A DNA stretch of 47,224 bases from Guillardia theta CCMP2712 (lineage: Eukaryota; Protista; Cryptophyta): positions 1 through 47,224 of the forward strand of contig NW_005434469.1 of assembly GCF_000315625.1 (NCBI RefSeq), in the 5' to 3' direction. This document shows positions 12,101-26,883 of this stretch, one piece after another. Below the pieces are notes generated by a model that saw only the letters and a program-made list of their open reading frames with translations, searched no databases and was not told where the DNA came from. Both the position numbers and the translations under genes were made by a program. Position 1 is the stretch's first letter; each line of letters opens with the position of its first letter.

Positions 12101-12390
12101 CATACGAGTTCACCTTCTTAGGCTCGAGTGACGAGCAAACCAGGCGGAGAAGGACAGGAGTAGGAGCGAGGAGAGCGCTGTATCCTACCTCGACAGGTGA
12201 CCGAGCTTCGAAGCTCCAGGTTGAGGAGGCTGACTGGATGCCAGGCCGATGGAGCAGAGGGAGCTGTTGATTCCTGGTAAGCTGTCGTGCGACGTGTGCC
12301 GTCGTGCTGACTGACGTGTCAGTGTGGGAGGACCTCCCTCCCGACAAGCTCGGGGAGGTGGCGGCCACTGACGAGGTGAGGGAGGGAGGG
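9148..12390 (+). CDS. Scattered exons of a hypothetical protein, probably the 5' part of the ankyrin gene (spans an N-gap)
   Basis: Exon-like segments between GT/AG sites, e.g. VKRVQDHFEKAGLESLKLNKM...LYEALEFL, LPDVVVYDFLDRSAPVKQLEFRILSE, SMKEAKQLFISVNQPPEELMSRW. Connectivity and start not certain. Confidence 0.45.
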
Positions 12391-12588
12391 AGAGCAGGGT
12401 GAGAGGAGGGATGGAGAGGAGGGAGAGAGAGGGGGGAGGGAGAGGAGGGAGGGACAGCAGGGAGAGCAGGCTGAGAAGAGGGAGAGGAGAGGCCAAGAGG
12501 AGGCAGAAAGGAGTGCGAGAGGAGGCAGAAAACCGGAGGGAGGAGAGAGGGGAGGGGGGGGGGGTTCTTGATATTATGTCTGCTGCAA

Positions 12589-13693
12589 GGTGAAGGAGCT
12601 TCATGAATGCGCGTTCCGCGGAGACGTTGAGCGACTCGTTTGGCTGCTGGAAGTTTGTGAGAAGCAGGTTGAACTCTCTCCATCCCCCACGACTTCCTCG
12701 GATGGCTGACCCTCCTTGCAGCATTTCCTCGACTACGACGAGAAGAAGAAACCTGTACAAGTCACTGTCAACGTGAGAACGGGTTGTACGAGCCGCAGAC
12801 CTGACTTGAGGTGCAGAAGAGACTCCAGGTCGACGTGCCGGACTACGACGGCAAGACTGCTCTGTTCCAGTGTGCTCGAGCAAACCAGGTGGACATGTTG
12901 CTGGGTTCAACAACATGTGACCATGTCGTCTAGTCCGGTGCTGCCAAGGTCTTGCTCGAGCATGGAGCGCGGGTGAGACGCTGGCGGAAACTTTTTCCTC
13001 TCCTCACCCTCCTGCAAGATCGATCATCGAGACGTGAATGGCAACTCTTCTCTCCACATTGCAGCAGGTCTCCCTACTTCCTCCCCCTGCTCCTCGCTGA
13101 GCTGCCCGCAGCGAGCGGTTCCTCGGAGGTGGTGAAGCTCTTGCTGGAGGAGAAGGCCTCCCCGCTCCTGTCGAACCTCCTGGGCGAGGTAGCTGTCTTG
13201 CTGCACCTCCTCCTCCTGCTCTTTCGTCCTCGCTCTTCACTCCTTCTGACGCCACTCGCCTTCTCCTCGCCCTCCTCCTCTGCTCCTTACTCCCTCCCTT
13301 CCTCCGTGAGTTCTACTCCAGTTCATTGTGCTCCTGCTCCTGCTCCTGCTTCTCCTCCCTCCTGCTCCTCACCTCATCTGCTCCCCTTCTCCTCCTCACC
13401 TCTCCTCCTCTCTTCCTCTCCCCTCCTCCTCCTCGACCTCCTCTTCTCCTCTTCTTCTCTTCTCCTGCTTCTCCACTTGTCCTTCTCCCGCTCCTCCTGC
13501 TCTTACACCTGCTCCTGCTCCTGTGCATCTTGGCTCTCAGTGATTGATTTTGTCGAGTAGATTCCCCTGCATCTCAGCGCGCGTTTCTCGCTCGGCGACA
13601 TCGACATTGCCCGAAGGTGATTCAGGAGAGATGAGCGACGATGGAGGAGGAGGAGAAGGAGGAGCAGGAGTTGGAGCAGGTGCAGGTGCAGGT

Positions 13694-13725
<32 letters not shown>

Positions 13726-15216
13726 GGAGGGGAGGGGGCGAGGGAGCGAGGGAGCGAGGGAGGGAGCGAGGGAGCGAGGGAGCGAGGGAGCGAGGGAGGG
13801 AGGGATGGTAGGGAGCGAGGGAGCTAGGGAGCGAGGGAGGGGAGGGAGCGAGGGAGGGAGCGAGGGATCTATCGAGCGAGGGAGCGAGGTAGGGGAGGGA
13901 GCTAGGGATCGAGGGAGGGAGGGAGCGAGGAGCGAGGGAGCGAGGGAGGGATGAAACGATTCCTCGCTGACTTCCAGTTGAGTCTGGTGGCTGCTGGGGC
14001 GGACTTGAACGTCTCCGATCATGCAGGGCAGACCGCGCTGCGTCATGCGATTAAGAATCGACGGTAATGAGAGACTCCTACCCAATCTCNNNNNNNNNNN
14101 NNNNNNNNNNNNNNNNNNNNNNNNNNNNNNNNNNNNNNNNNNNNNNNNNNNNNNNNNNNNNNNNNNNNNNNNNNNNNNNNNNNNNNNNNNNNNNNNNNNN
14201 NNNNNNNNNNNNNNNNNNNNNNNNNNNNNNNNNNNNNNNNNNNNNNNNNNNNNNNNNNNNNNNNNNNNNNNNNNNNNNNNNNNNNNNNNNNNNNNNNNNN
14301 NNNNNNNNNNNNNNNNNNNNNNNNNNNNNNNNNNNNNNNNNNNNNNNNNNNNNNNNNNNNNNNNNNNNNNNNNNNNNNNNNNNNNNNNNNNNNNNNNNNN
14401 NNNNNNNNNNNNNNNNNNNNNNNNNNNNNNNNNNNNNNNNNNNNNNNNNNNNNNNNNNNNNNNNNNNNNNNNNNNNNNNNNNNNNNNNNNNNNNNNNNNN
14501 NNNNNNNNNNNNNNNNNNNNNNNNNNNNNNNNNNNNNNNNNNNNNNNNNNNNNNNNNNNNNNNNNNNNNNNNNNNNNNNNNNNNNNNNNNNNNNNNNNNN
14601 NNNNNNNNNNNNNNNNNNNNNNNNNNNNNNNNNNNNNNNNNNCTCTCTCTCTCCTCGTCTCTCCTCTCCTCTCTCCTCCTCCTCCTCCTCCTCCTCCTCC
14701 TCCTCCTCCTCCTCCTCCTCCCTCCTCCTCCAGCTGACGGACATGAGCAGGTTGGGATCGAAGGAGCTCTACATGATCAACTTTCTGCTAGTCATGGGGG
14801 CAGACGCGGACGCCAGGGATGGTGAGACGGGGAGCTGCGCGATTGCTGTTTGACAGCTGTCAAGGCTCCGGGAGGACGGCCCTCGACCTCTGCGATCACC
14901 TTCAGGTGAAAATTCGTCCTCGTTGCTTCCACCTGACGAGCAGCAGGCAAGGTCCCTCCTGCGGAGGGCCTACTCCAGCCAAGGCCAGCTGAGGTGAGAG
15001 GGGGAAGTTTGCGGGGGTGAGAGCTGAGCCTGGAGGCAACAAGGATGGCGAGGTGGGGGCCCAAGGGAGTTCCTCCTCCCTCCGATGAAGCTCCTGTGCC
15101 GATTTTCGAGCAGCAGCTGAGGATAACGTTGGGGGTAAGTCCCATCCCAGTGGTCCCTCCTTCTCCCCCCCCTTTCCCTGCTCCTGCTCCTGCTCCCTGC
15201 TCCCTGCTCCCTGCTC

Positions 15217-15248
<32 letters not shown>

Positions 15249-15782
15249 CTGCTCCTGCTCCTGCTCCTGCCTGATGCTGCTCCTGCTCCTGATTGCTCTC
15301 CCTCTTCTTCTCTCCACCTCCAATTCCCCCTTCATGTCCCACACCATCACGCACACAACTACCACTAGACCCTTCCCCTTCCACTCCATCATGTTCGATT
15401 TCTGCAAACAATTCATGAACATCTTTCCTCTCTTCTGCTCTCTTGACATCTTTTTTCTCCTCTCAACCAGGTGCCGCTACTCTGTGTGTTTCATAAGGGA
15501 GAACAGGCGTACGTCAACAGAGAGCCCTGTCGTTCGTGGTAAACAAAAGCAGAGCAGAGCAGAGCAGAGCAGAGCAGAGCAGAGCAGAGCAGAGCAGAGC
15601 AGAGCAGAGCAGAGCAGAGCAGGAGCAGAGCAGAGCAAGGGAGAGAAGAGCAACAGAGAGGAGAGCAGAGCAGAGGGGACAAAAGAAAAGGGAGGCAATG
15701 TTTGGAGAAAACAGAGGGAGAAGGGACACAATGGATCGAATAGGAAAAGAGCATGGACGGGGAGAGAGGGGAGGACGAGGGG

Positions 15783-15834
<52 letters not shown>

Positions 15835-15963
15835 AGGACGGAGGACGAGGACGAGGACGAGGNNNNNNNNNNNNNNNNNNNNNNNNNNNNNNNNNNNNNN
15901 NNNNNNNNNNNNNNNNNNNNNNNNNNNNNNNNNNNNNNNNNNNNNNNNNNNNNNNNNNNNNNG

Positions 15964-16049
<86 letters not shown>

Positions 16050-16384
16050 GAGGACGAGGAGGGAGAGGATGGATCAATGTGACTTCAATTATCTTCAGCA
16101 CTATTGGGCTCATCGTTACAGTACCTTACAAGGTGAACACTCTCCCCGCTCCTCTTTCCCCTCTCCTCTCCCCCGCTCCTCTCCCCCTGTCCTCTCTCCC
16201 GCTCCTCTCCCCCTGTCCTCTCTCCCGCTTCTCTCCCCCTCTCCTCTTTCCCCTCTCCTCTCCCCCGCTCCTCTGAGTGAACGGATGCCCTCAGGGGACA
16301 GGGCAGTTCTGCCACATGTGCGTCAACTGCGGGTCCAAGAACGTCACCAGCTCTCCCGTGCGAGGAGAGGACAGCTTCTTGTGA
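12589..16384 (+). CDS. Ankyrin-repeat protein with C-terminal Cys/His motif (multi-exon, spans two N-gaps)
   Basis: Ankyrin consensus pieces: [101 protein letters not shown]. Putative last exon [25 protein letters not shown]-stop. Confidence 0.75.
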
Positions 16385-16804
16385 CCAGTCAAGATCGTGG
16401 GAAGTCAGGCAGGGAGACGGTGGGAAATGGTCAGATCCGATCATGCCGTGTTCAACCATACTTTGTAACATCACATCACATCACATCACATCACATCACA
16501 TCACATCACATCACATCACATCACATCACACCACACCACACCACACCACACCACACCACATCAAGTGAAAGCTATCAGGATCAAAGAAAGCAAAGGATGA
16601 ATCGAAAAGAGCTAAGAATGTCTAAGAGCATGAAGTACCTCAAGATTGTGAATACACCAAGAAGATGATATTCTTCGAGCATGCACGTGATGCCAGGACC
16701 TGGACATGGCAAGAGAGCTAGCAGAGATGAGAGGGAGGTTGGGGAGGGGGGGAAGAGGGAGGGAGTGAAGAGGTCTTCATTCAATCACAACTTAAAATTT
16801 GTTC

Positions 16805-17049
16805 ATCGATGAAGCTGTCTGCTCGCCTCGAGCTCCTCCCTTGTTTTGTCGTCCTCTGCCCATACCATCTGTCTATCTCTTCCACTCTCTGCCTCCAAGT
16901 GTATACATTGACATCACCAGCGCAACAAGATGGCGGGAGAGACGGTTTACCTGGGATCACGGTATCCGTACGACCGTGACTTCTTTCCTTGGGACTGCAA
17001 GGCAGGGTACAGGCTGAGGATGGACAAGCGCTGCAGTGAGCGGGTATGA
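16805..17049 (+). pseudogene. Truncated 3' remnant of the secreted LRR/Cys-rich gene family (copy R1)
   Basis: Encodes NKMAGETVYLGSRYPYDRDFFPWDCKAGYRLRMDKRCSERV-stop, homologous to the C-terminus of the copies at 17566 and 24825; preceded by a degenerate PASASIDI-like sequence with an internal deletion. Confidence 0.8.
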
Positions 17050-17565
17050 GAGGAGCGAGGAAGAGGCATGAGATAACAACAAAAGTCAATGCTATCAATT
17101 ACGCAATACGGAATGCAGGTCAAGGCAGCAGCAGGAATGAAGGCAGGAGCAGTGAGCAGGGTTGGGGAGGGGAGGGGCAGGAATGGAAGCTGGCAAGGGC
17201 AGGAGCAGGAGCAGCACACAGCATGCGTCGCAAGATGTGTGTGGAGGAGGAGGAGGAGGCTTAGTGCTTCTGCTGCATGCGCTACCGTAAGATCAGTCGC
17301 CGCAACAGACTCGGTTGCTGCATTTCCTTGCCTTGACAAATCCGTTACAATCCGTAACGGATATCGCGTCCTCCCTTTCTGGTCGTTGGTACCGCATGGT
17401 TTGGCTCTGTTTCTTTTTTTTAAGAGTCATGTTGGGCAGCAGTTGAGACAGATAACAATATGTATGAAGGATTTTGCTGTCCTCTTTGATCTCCTATACA
17501 AAATTCTGAGGCAAGCTGTCATAGAGCTCACTTATAAAATCACTTTTCGGAAGTTGCACTTCAAT

Positions 17566-18665
17566 ATGCCGCGACGATTCATGGCAGAGAAAGCAGGAGC
17601 AGGAGCAGGAGCAGGAGCATGGTTGGCGATGCTACTGGTCATGCTGATGCTGCTACATCAGCCCGTGCAAGCTCAGAGAACTTGTGGTGTCTGCACCTTC
17701 CAGGTCGTCAGCGGACAAGTTCTTAACAAGACGGTAGGAGGAGACTGCGGGACTGGTTGTACAGTACTTGATCTCGAAGACTTTGGATTCAGCAGCATCG
17801 CAGACGGAGCTTTGACAGCCTCAGACCTTACCAGCATGACACAGCTCTATATGGGCACAAACCAGCTGACAAGCATACCTACAAGTATCAGCGAACTGAC
17901 CAGCTTGACGTATCTCTACCTGAACAACAATTATTTGACGAGCATACCAGATGGCTTCTTCGATAAGCTCACAAATCTGACACGTCTCGATCTAAGCGGA
18001 AACCAGCTGACAAGTCTACCTAGGAGTATCAGCGGCCTGACAAGCCTGCAGCAACTCGTCCTAAAAACAATAAGCTCACCGTTGTCTCTGCTAGCAACTT
18101 TGTCGGACTTACAAGCCTGCAACAGCTTTATCTCTCCAACAACAACATCTACTGCATCGATGCTGCCGCCTTCGCCTCTATCCCTGCAAGTGCATCCATC
18201 GACATCCGCTACAACAACGCCAGCCTCTGCGTGCATCCCTCCTGGCCTGCCTCTGTACAGTATGATACCGGCCTCCAGAACTGCTCTGACAACACCAGCC
18301 CCTGCTTGACGTGCAGCCAAGCCGGAGACCCTCTGCTCTGCTCGTGCCCTGCTGGCTTCTTCCCTCAGCTCTCTCTCGGGCTCTACACCTGCCAGCCTTG
18401 TCCCCCAGCCTCCTTCAAGTCTGCCCCGGGCACGGCAAACTGCTCCGCCTGCTCCACCAGCCCCTGCGACGTGGGGCAGTACCGGCAGGCCTGCAACAGC
18501 ACGAGGGACGGGGAGTGCGGGGAGTGTACGAACAAGATGGCGGGGGAGACGGTGTACGTGGGGTCAGGGTATCCGTACGATCAGAACGCCTGTGCTTGGG
18601 ACTGCAAGGCAGGGTACATGCTGAGGATGGACGAGAGCTGCTCGGCCTACTGCGAGATGGTGTAG
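17566..18665 (+). CDS. Secreted leucine-rich-repeat protein with Cys-rich (TNFR/GCC2-GCC3-like) tail, copy 1; one frame break near 18063-18067
   Basis: Signal peptide (WLAMLLVMLMLLHQPVQA), Cys cap, LRRs (LYMGTNQLTSIPTSISELTSLTYL, YLNNNYLTSIPDGFFDKLTNLTRL...). Adding one A to the A5 run restores LVLKNNKLTVVSASNFVGLTSLQQLYLSNNN and reads into the Cys-rich tail ending SCSAYCEMV. Confidence 0.85.
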
Positions 18666-19070
18666 GAGGGGAGGACGAGAAGAAGAGAAGGCAGGGCCGT
18701 GTTGAAGTCTGACCTGTGACATTCAGTAAAGGAGAAGGTGTTCAGGGTTTGTGGCTGTAACTTGTTATGAACTTCGATATATCACTTGACTCTCAAGTGT
18801 TGGGTTTTGTGCCAGTGCCATCTACGTCTTGTCCCCACGTACGATAGTGTGACTGCGGGCCGCGAGCGAGGCCCCGGATCAGCACTGAGTGCGACGGCCG
18901 TCTGTCTTGCTGCTGACTCGCATTCAGAGTGGGTTAACTACCGTGATCCGATGATAGTGCGAACCAACCCTCATCCTATCAGTGATACCTGAGCTGGCAC
19001 GCAGGACCAGACTCGACCCCCGCGCCATGCCGTGGCCGCTCTCAGCGAAGGAGGGAGACTACCGTACTGG

Positions 19071-19098
19071 CCTCGTACTGATTTTTAACTTAACTTTG
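19071..19098 (+). promoter_or_regulatory. 28-bp conserved upstream motif CCTCGTACTGATTTTTAACTTAACTTTG
   Basis: Exact reverse-complement copy at 31685-31712 and partial copies at 32001-32018 and 32344-32359; regulatory role is inferred from position. Confidence 0.5.
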
Positions 19099-19173
19099 AG
19101 TAAACTGAGTCACCGGAGTCGCTGCACTGAGTTGCCGGGGCCCGGGGCGGGGCTGGTTAAAAATGCTTTCCTG

Positions 19174-22920
<3,747 letters not shown>

Positions 22921-22976
22921 AGTTCAACGTGATGTCTGGAGATGATGACTTGAGCGATTGTGAAAGTAGACATGAT

Positions 22977-23098
22977 GTGTTGATGTAAATCTTGTTCGTT
23001 TCAGTGCATGTCTTGACGTGTTGATGTAAATCTTGTTCGTATCAGTGCATGTCTTGACGTGTTGATGTAAATCTTGTTCGTCTCAGTGCTTGTCTTGA
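22977..23098. repeat. ~41-bp tandem repeat, 3 copies
   Basis: gtgttgatgtaaatcttgttcgt(t/a/c)tcagtgc(a/t)tgtcttga three times. Confidence 0.9.
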
Positions 23099-23698
23099 GG
23101 CGTGCGAAGAGCTTGATGTGATTGGTTGCAACGAACAGCTTCAAGTGCTCCAAGCTTCCAGAGAACCATCAAGTGCCCAGGTTTCTCGACTACAACACTT
23201 CGTCCAGTACTTTGTCGTGAAGCGAAAGGTTGAGTTGTTAATGTGTAGCAGATGTCATGTTGTGCATAGTAAATGTCTGAGAGATCAATCGCATGCTGCC
23301 CGAGCTTTCGAAACGATCTCGTGTGAGAGCTGAGGGATCTGAGAGAGCAGCTCTCATTGTCATGAGCACGTCACCTGCTCTTTTATCGAAGATGACAAGC
23401 ACATGTCAAAAGTCGTCAAGATATGGGAGAAGTGAGTCAGTACAGCAATCAGCGCTCGATGATACGTATGATTGCAGATTATCTCTCAGACCTCAATCGC
23501 TGAACCCATCTTTACCACAACAGCAACATTGCAGTAAACTACTTTTTGACATCACCTCTTCGTCGGATTATGTGGTCGAATAGGCTGAGATGATGTCAAA
23601 CTAATGTCTGTCGCAAAAGAACGAATTGCTCTACTTGCTCAACTCCCTCTAATGTCTCAAACGTCTTTTCAACCTCTCCCTCTTCCTCCTCACTCCTC

Positions 23699-24825
23699 TC
23701 ATACCATCTCGCAGTAGGCCGAGCAGCTCTCGTCCATCCTCAGCATGTACCCTGCCTTGCAGACCCAAGCACAAGCGTTCTGATCGTACGGATACCCTGA
23801 CCCCACGTACACCGTCTCCCCCGCCATCTTGTTCGTACACTCCCCGCACTCCCCGTCCCTCGTGCTGTTGCAGGCCTGCCGGTACTGCCCCACGTCGCAG
23901 GGGCTGGTGGAGCAGGCGGAGCAGTTTGCCGTGCCCGGGGCAGACTTGAAGGAGGCTGGGGGACAAGGCTGGCAGGTGTAGAGCCCGAGAGAGAGCTGAG
24001 GGAAGAAGCCAGCAGGGCACGAGCAGAGCAGAGGGTCTCCGGCTTGGCTGCAGTAGTCAGAGGTGCTGGAGGAGGGAGTCACGCAGAGGCTGGTATGTCA
24101 GAGCAGTTCTGGAGGCCGGTATCATACTGTACAGAGGCAGGCCAGGAGGGATGCACGCAGAGGCTGGCGTTGTTGCCGGTGATGTAGATGGATGCGCTTG
24201 CAGGGATAGAGGCGAAGGCAGCAGCATCGATGCAATAGATGTTGTTGTTGGAGAGATAAAGCTGTTGCAGGCTTGTGAGCTTGTCGAAGAAGCCATCCGA
24301 TATGCTCGTCAAGCTATTGCCATAAAGGAAGAGACTCGTCAGACTTGTCAGGCCGCTGATACTTGTAGGTAGACTTGTCAGCTGGTTGTAGCCAATATTG
24401 AGAAACGTCAGGCCTGTGAGCTTGTCGAAGAAACCATCCGATATGCTCGTCAAGCTATTGCCATAAAGGTTGAGATCCGTGAGACTTGTCAGGCCGCTGA
24501 TACTCGTAGGTAGACTTGTCAGCTGGTTTCCACCGAGATCGAGAGACTTCAGGCTGGTGAGGTCTGAGGCTGTCAAAGCTCCGTCTGCGATGCTGCTGAT
24601 CCCTTTCCTGCTCAGTGGAAGATTTGTACAATTAGTACCGCAGTCTCCTCCTACTGTCTTGACAAGAACTCCATTGCTGACGTTGAAGGTGCAGAAACCA
24701 CAAGTTGTCTGAGCTTGCACGGGCTGATGTAGCAGCATCAGCATGACCAGCAGCATCGACAACCATGCTCCTCCTGCTCCTGCTCCTGCTCCTCCTGCTG
24801 GCTGTGTCATGAACCGTCGCAGCAT
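23699..24825 (-). CDS. Secreted LRR + Cys-rich-tail protein, copy 2; frame break (or 35-nt intron) near 24048-24097
   Basis: [39 protein letters not shown] signal peptide, LRRs with GFFDKLT, ORF stops at 24079, and the Cys-rich tail continues in another frame (23699-24082) nearly identical to copy 1. Confidence 0.85.
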
Positions 24826-25769
24826 GTCTTAGCTGCCTTTTACTCAAAGTTTTAAAAACTAAAAATCACTACCAGGACAATCAGGGGAGTAGAGGAGCCT
24901 CTCGGTTTTATATATCACTATATAAACATGATTGATGGCGTTAGAGTCAACTTCTCAACCTTCGCTGCCAGATTTGAAATTGTTACATGGGAACATCATC
25001 GCTTGTTCGAAACCAGATCTCGCAAATAGGCTCACGAGTTTGAAATGTCGGTACCATAAATCAGTTTTAAAACTTGTTAGTACCAAGAAATACATTGTAG
25101 GTGCTACTGCTAGTGGCTGCTGGTACTGCAGTGAAAACATTTTAGTGACTGGCACGGTAGGGGTGACTCGGCTACGGGTACTTTGCTGGGCAAATCCTGG
25201 GCAGAAGGCAGCAGATGCTCCGATAGGGGTGGGGGTAGTAGCTCCCTTTTTAGGGAACTGCGACGGTCAATCCCTACGCACGACGGGAAGGGCGATGAAG
25301 GAGGGAAGAGGTGTGGGGAATCACTGATTGAGAGGAGGGCTGAAGCAGCCACGTGCTGCATCACTGTCATGTGCAGGGCGAGCGAAGGCAACGGGAAGAA
25401 GAGTAACTGTGACATGTCATGAGGTCATTGACGCAACACTGGGGCTGAGGAATGCATAGCGAGAGATACAGATACAAGACATGGAGGAAGAAGGGAAAAG
25501 GTAGGAACCGAGGATTAGAGTATGAGCAAGGAACGAAGGTCGATTATGTTTACCAGGGGAAGTAAATAACAAACACAATATAACTGATTGTGCTGACGAG
25601 TTTTGGACCCTCCTGCACCAAGAGGTTGCCTGGCTGTAAGGGACTCAAGTGGAAGAGAAGTCAAGTATGGTTGACTTGTGATGATAGAGAACGTAGTAAA
25701 CAGCACGACCAGTGGTCAGACTCTGATAGCTGCCCAGTCTCATCCTCATTCCTCTTCTCGTGTCTCCTC

Positions 25770-26384
25770 CCCGCTCCTTCTGCCTTGCAGTCCCAAGGAC
25801 AGAAGTTGTTCGTACACTCCCCGCACTCCCCGTCCCTCGTGCTGTTGCAGGCCTGCCGGTACTGCCCCACGTCGCAGGGGCTGGTGGAGCAGGCGGAGCA
25901 GTTTGCCGTGCCCGGGGCAGACTTGAAGGAGGCTGGGGGACAAGGCTGGCAGGTGTAGAGCCCGAGAGAGAGCTGAGGGAAGAAGCCAGCAGGGCAATGC
26001 ACACAGAGGGTGGCGTTGTTGTTGCGGATGTCGATGGATGCACTTGCAGGGATAGAGGCGAAGGTGGCAGCATCGAGATAAAGCTGTTGCAGGCTTGTAG
26101 ACAACTGAGGACGAGTTGCTGCTGATACTCGTAGGTAGACTTGTCAACTGGTTGTAGCTAGAGAAGCTGATCGTAAAGGTAGAGATCCGTCAGGCTTGTC
26201 TCAAGTTGCTGAGCTGATCGAAGAAGCCATCTGGTATGTTATTTAACCAAATATTGTAGTAAAGGTAGAGATCCGTGAGACTGGTGAGGCCTCGGCTGTT
26301 ACCTGTGTAGCGCAAATCAAGAAACGGCTTGTAAGCTTATCGAAAATGTCATCCTGCTGATACTTGTTGGTAGACTTGTCAAAG

Positions 26385-26440
<56 letters not shown>

Positions 26441-26457
26441 GCTGCTGCTGCTGCCTC

Positions 26458-26516
<59 letters not shown>

Positions 26517-26540
26517 CCCTGCTGCTCGTGCTGCTGCTGC
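25770..26540 (-). pseudogene. Decayed, deletion-riddled copy of the LRR/Cys-rich gene (copy R2)
   Basis: ~185 nt of the Cys-rich tail identical to copies 1 and 2 (CPAGFFPQLSLGLYTCQPC...CGECTN), preceded by broken LRR pieces (ataccagatggcttcttcgat, tgacaagtctacctacgagtatcag, ttcgataagcttacaagcc) and an expanded (GCAGGA)n run like the AGAGAG leader. Confidence 0.8.
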
Positions 26541-26883
26541 TGCTGCCTCCTGCTCCTCAAGTGTCAAATGGATTTTTTTGTCAACTTGAATTTGAAAGAT
26601 GTTAGTTGACTGCCCGGCGTTGCCCGCAACCTCCCAGCGGCTGTATGAGTCCAACGCATCTGTCACCGGTTTGAATCAAAAGGGGTGGGGTGGGGGTCAG
26701 GCACTACCCCATAAATTCATGGGATGGGTGGGTCACTACCCCCACCCTCTAATTTCTCTATTATGTTGTCAGTATATTTCCTCTACATTGTCATCATTCT
26801 ACGCATACTACCGGTGTATCTCAGTACCCTACCCGGATCAGGGAATCGAATACCCTATACCTCACCTGGCAGGAACGACAGCC

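Noticed and set aside
10118-14825. ORFs running through X tracts
   Set aside because: Artefacts of assembly gaps.
17089-17565. N-terminal extension of the LRR ORF
   Set aside because: Paralog alignment and signal peptide place the start at 17566.
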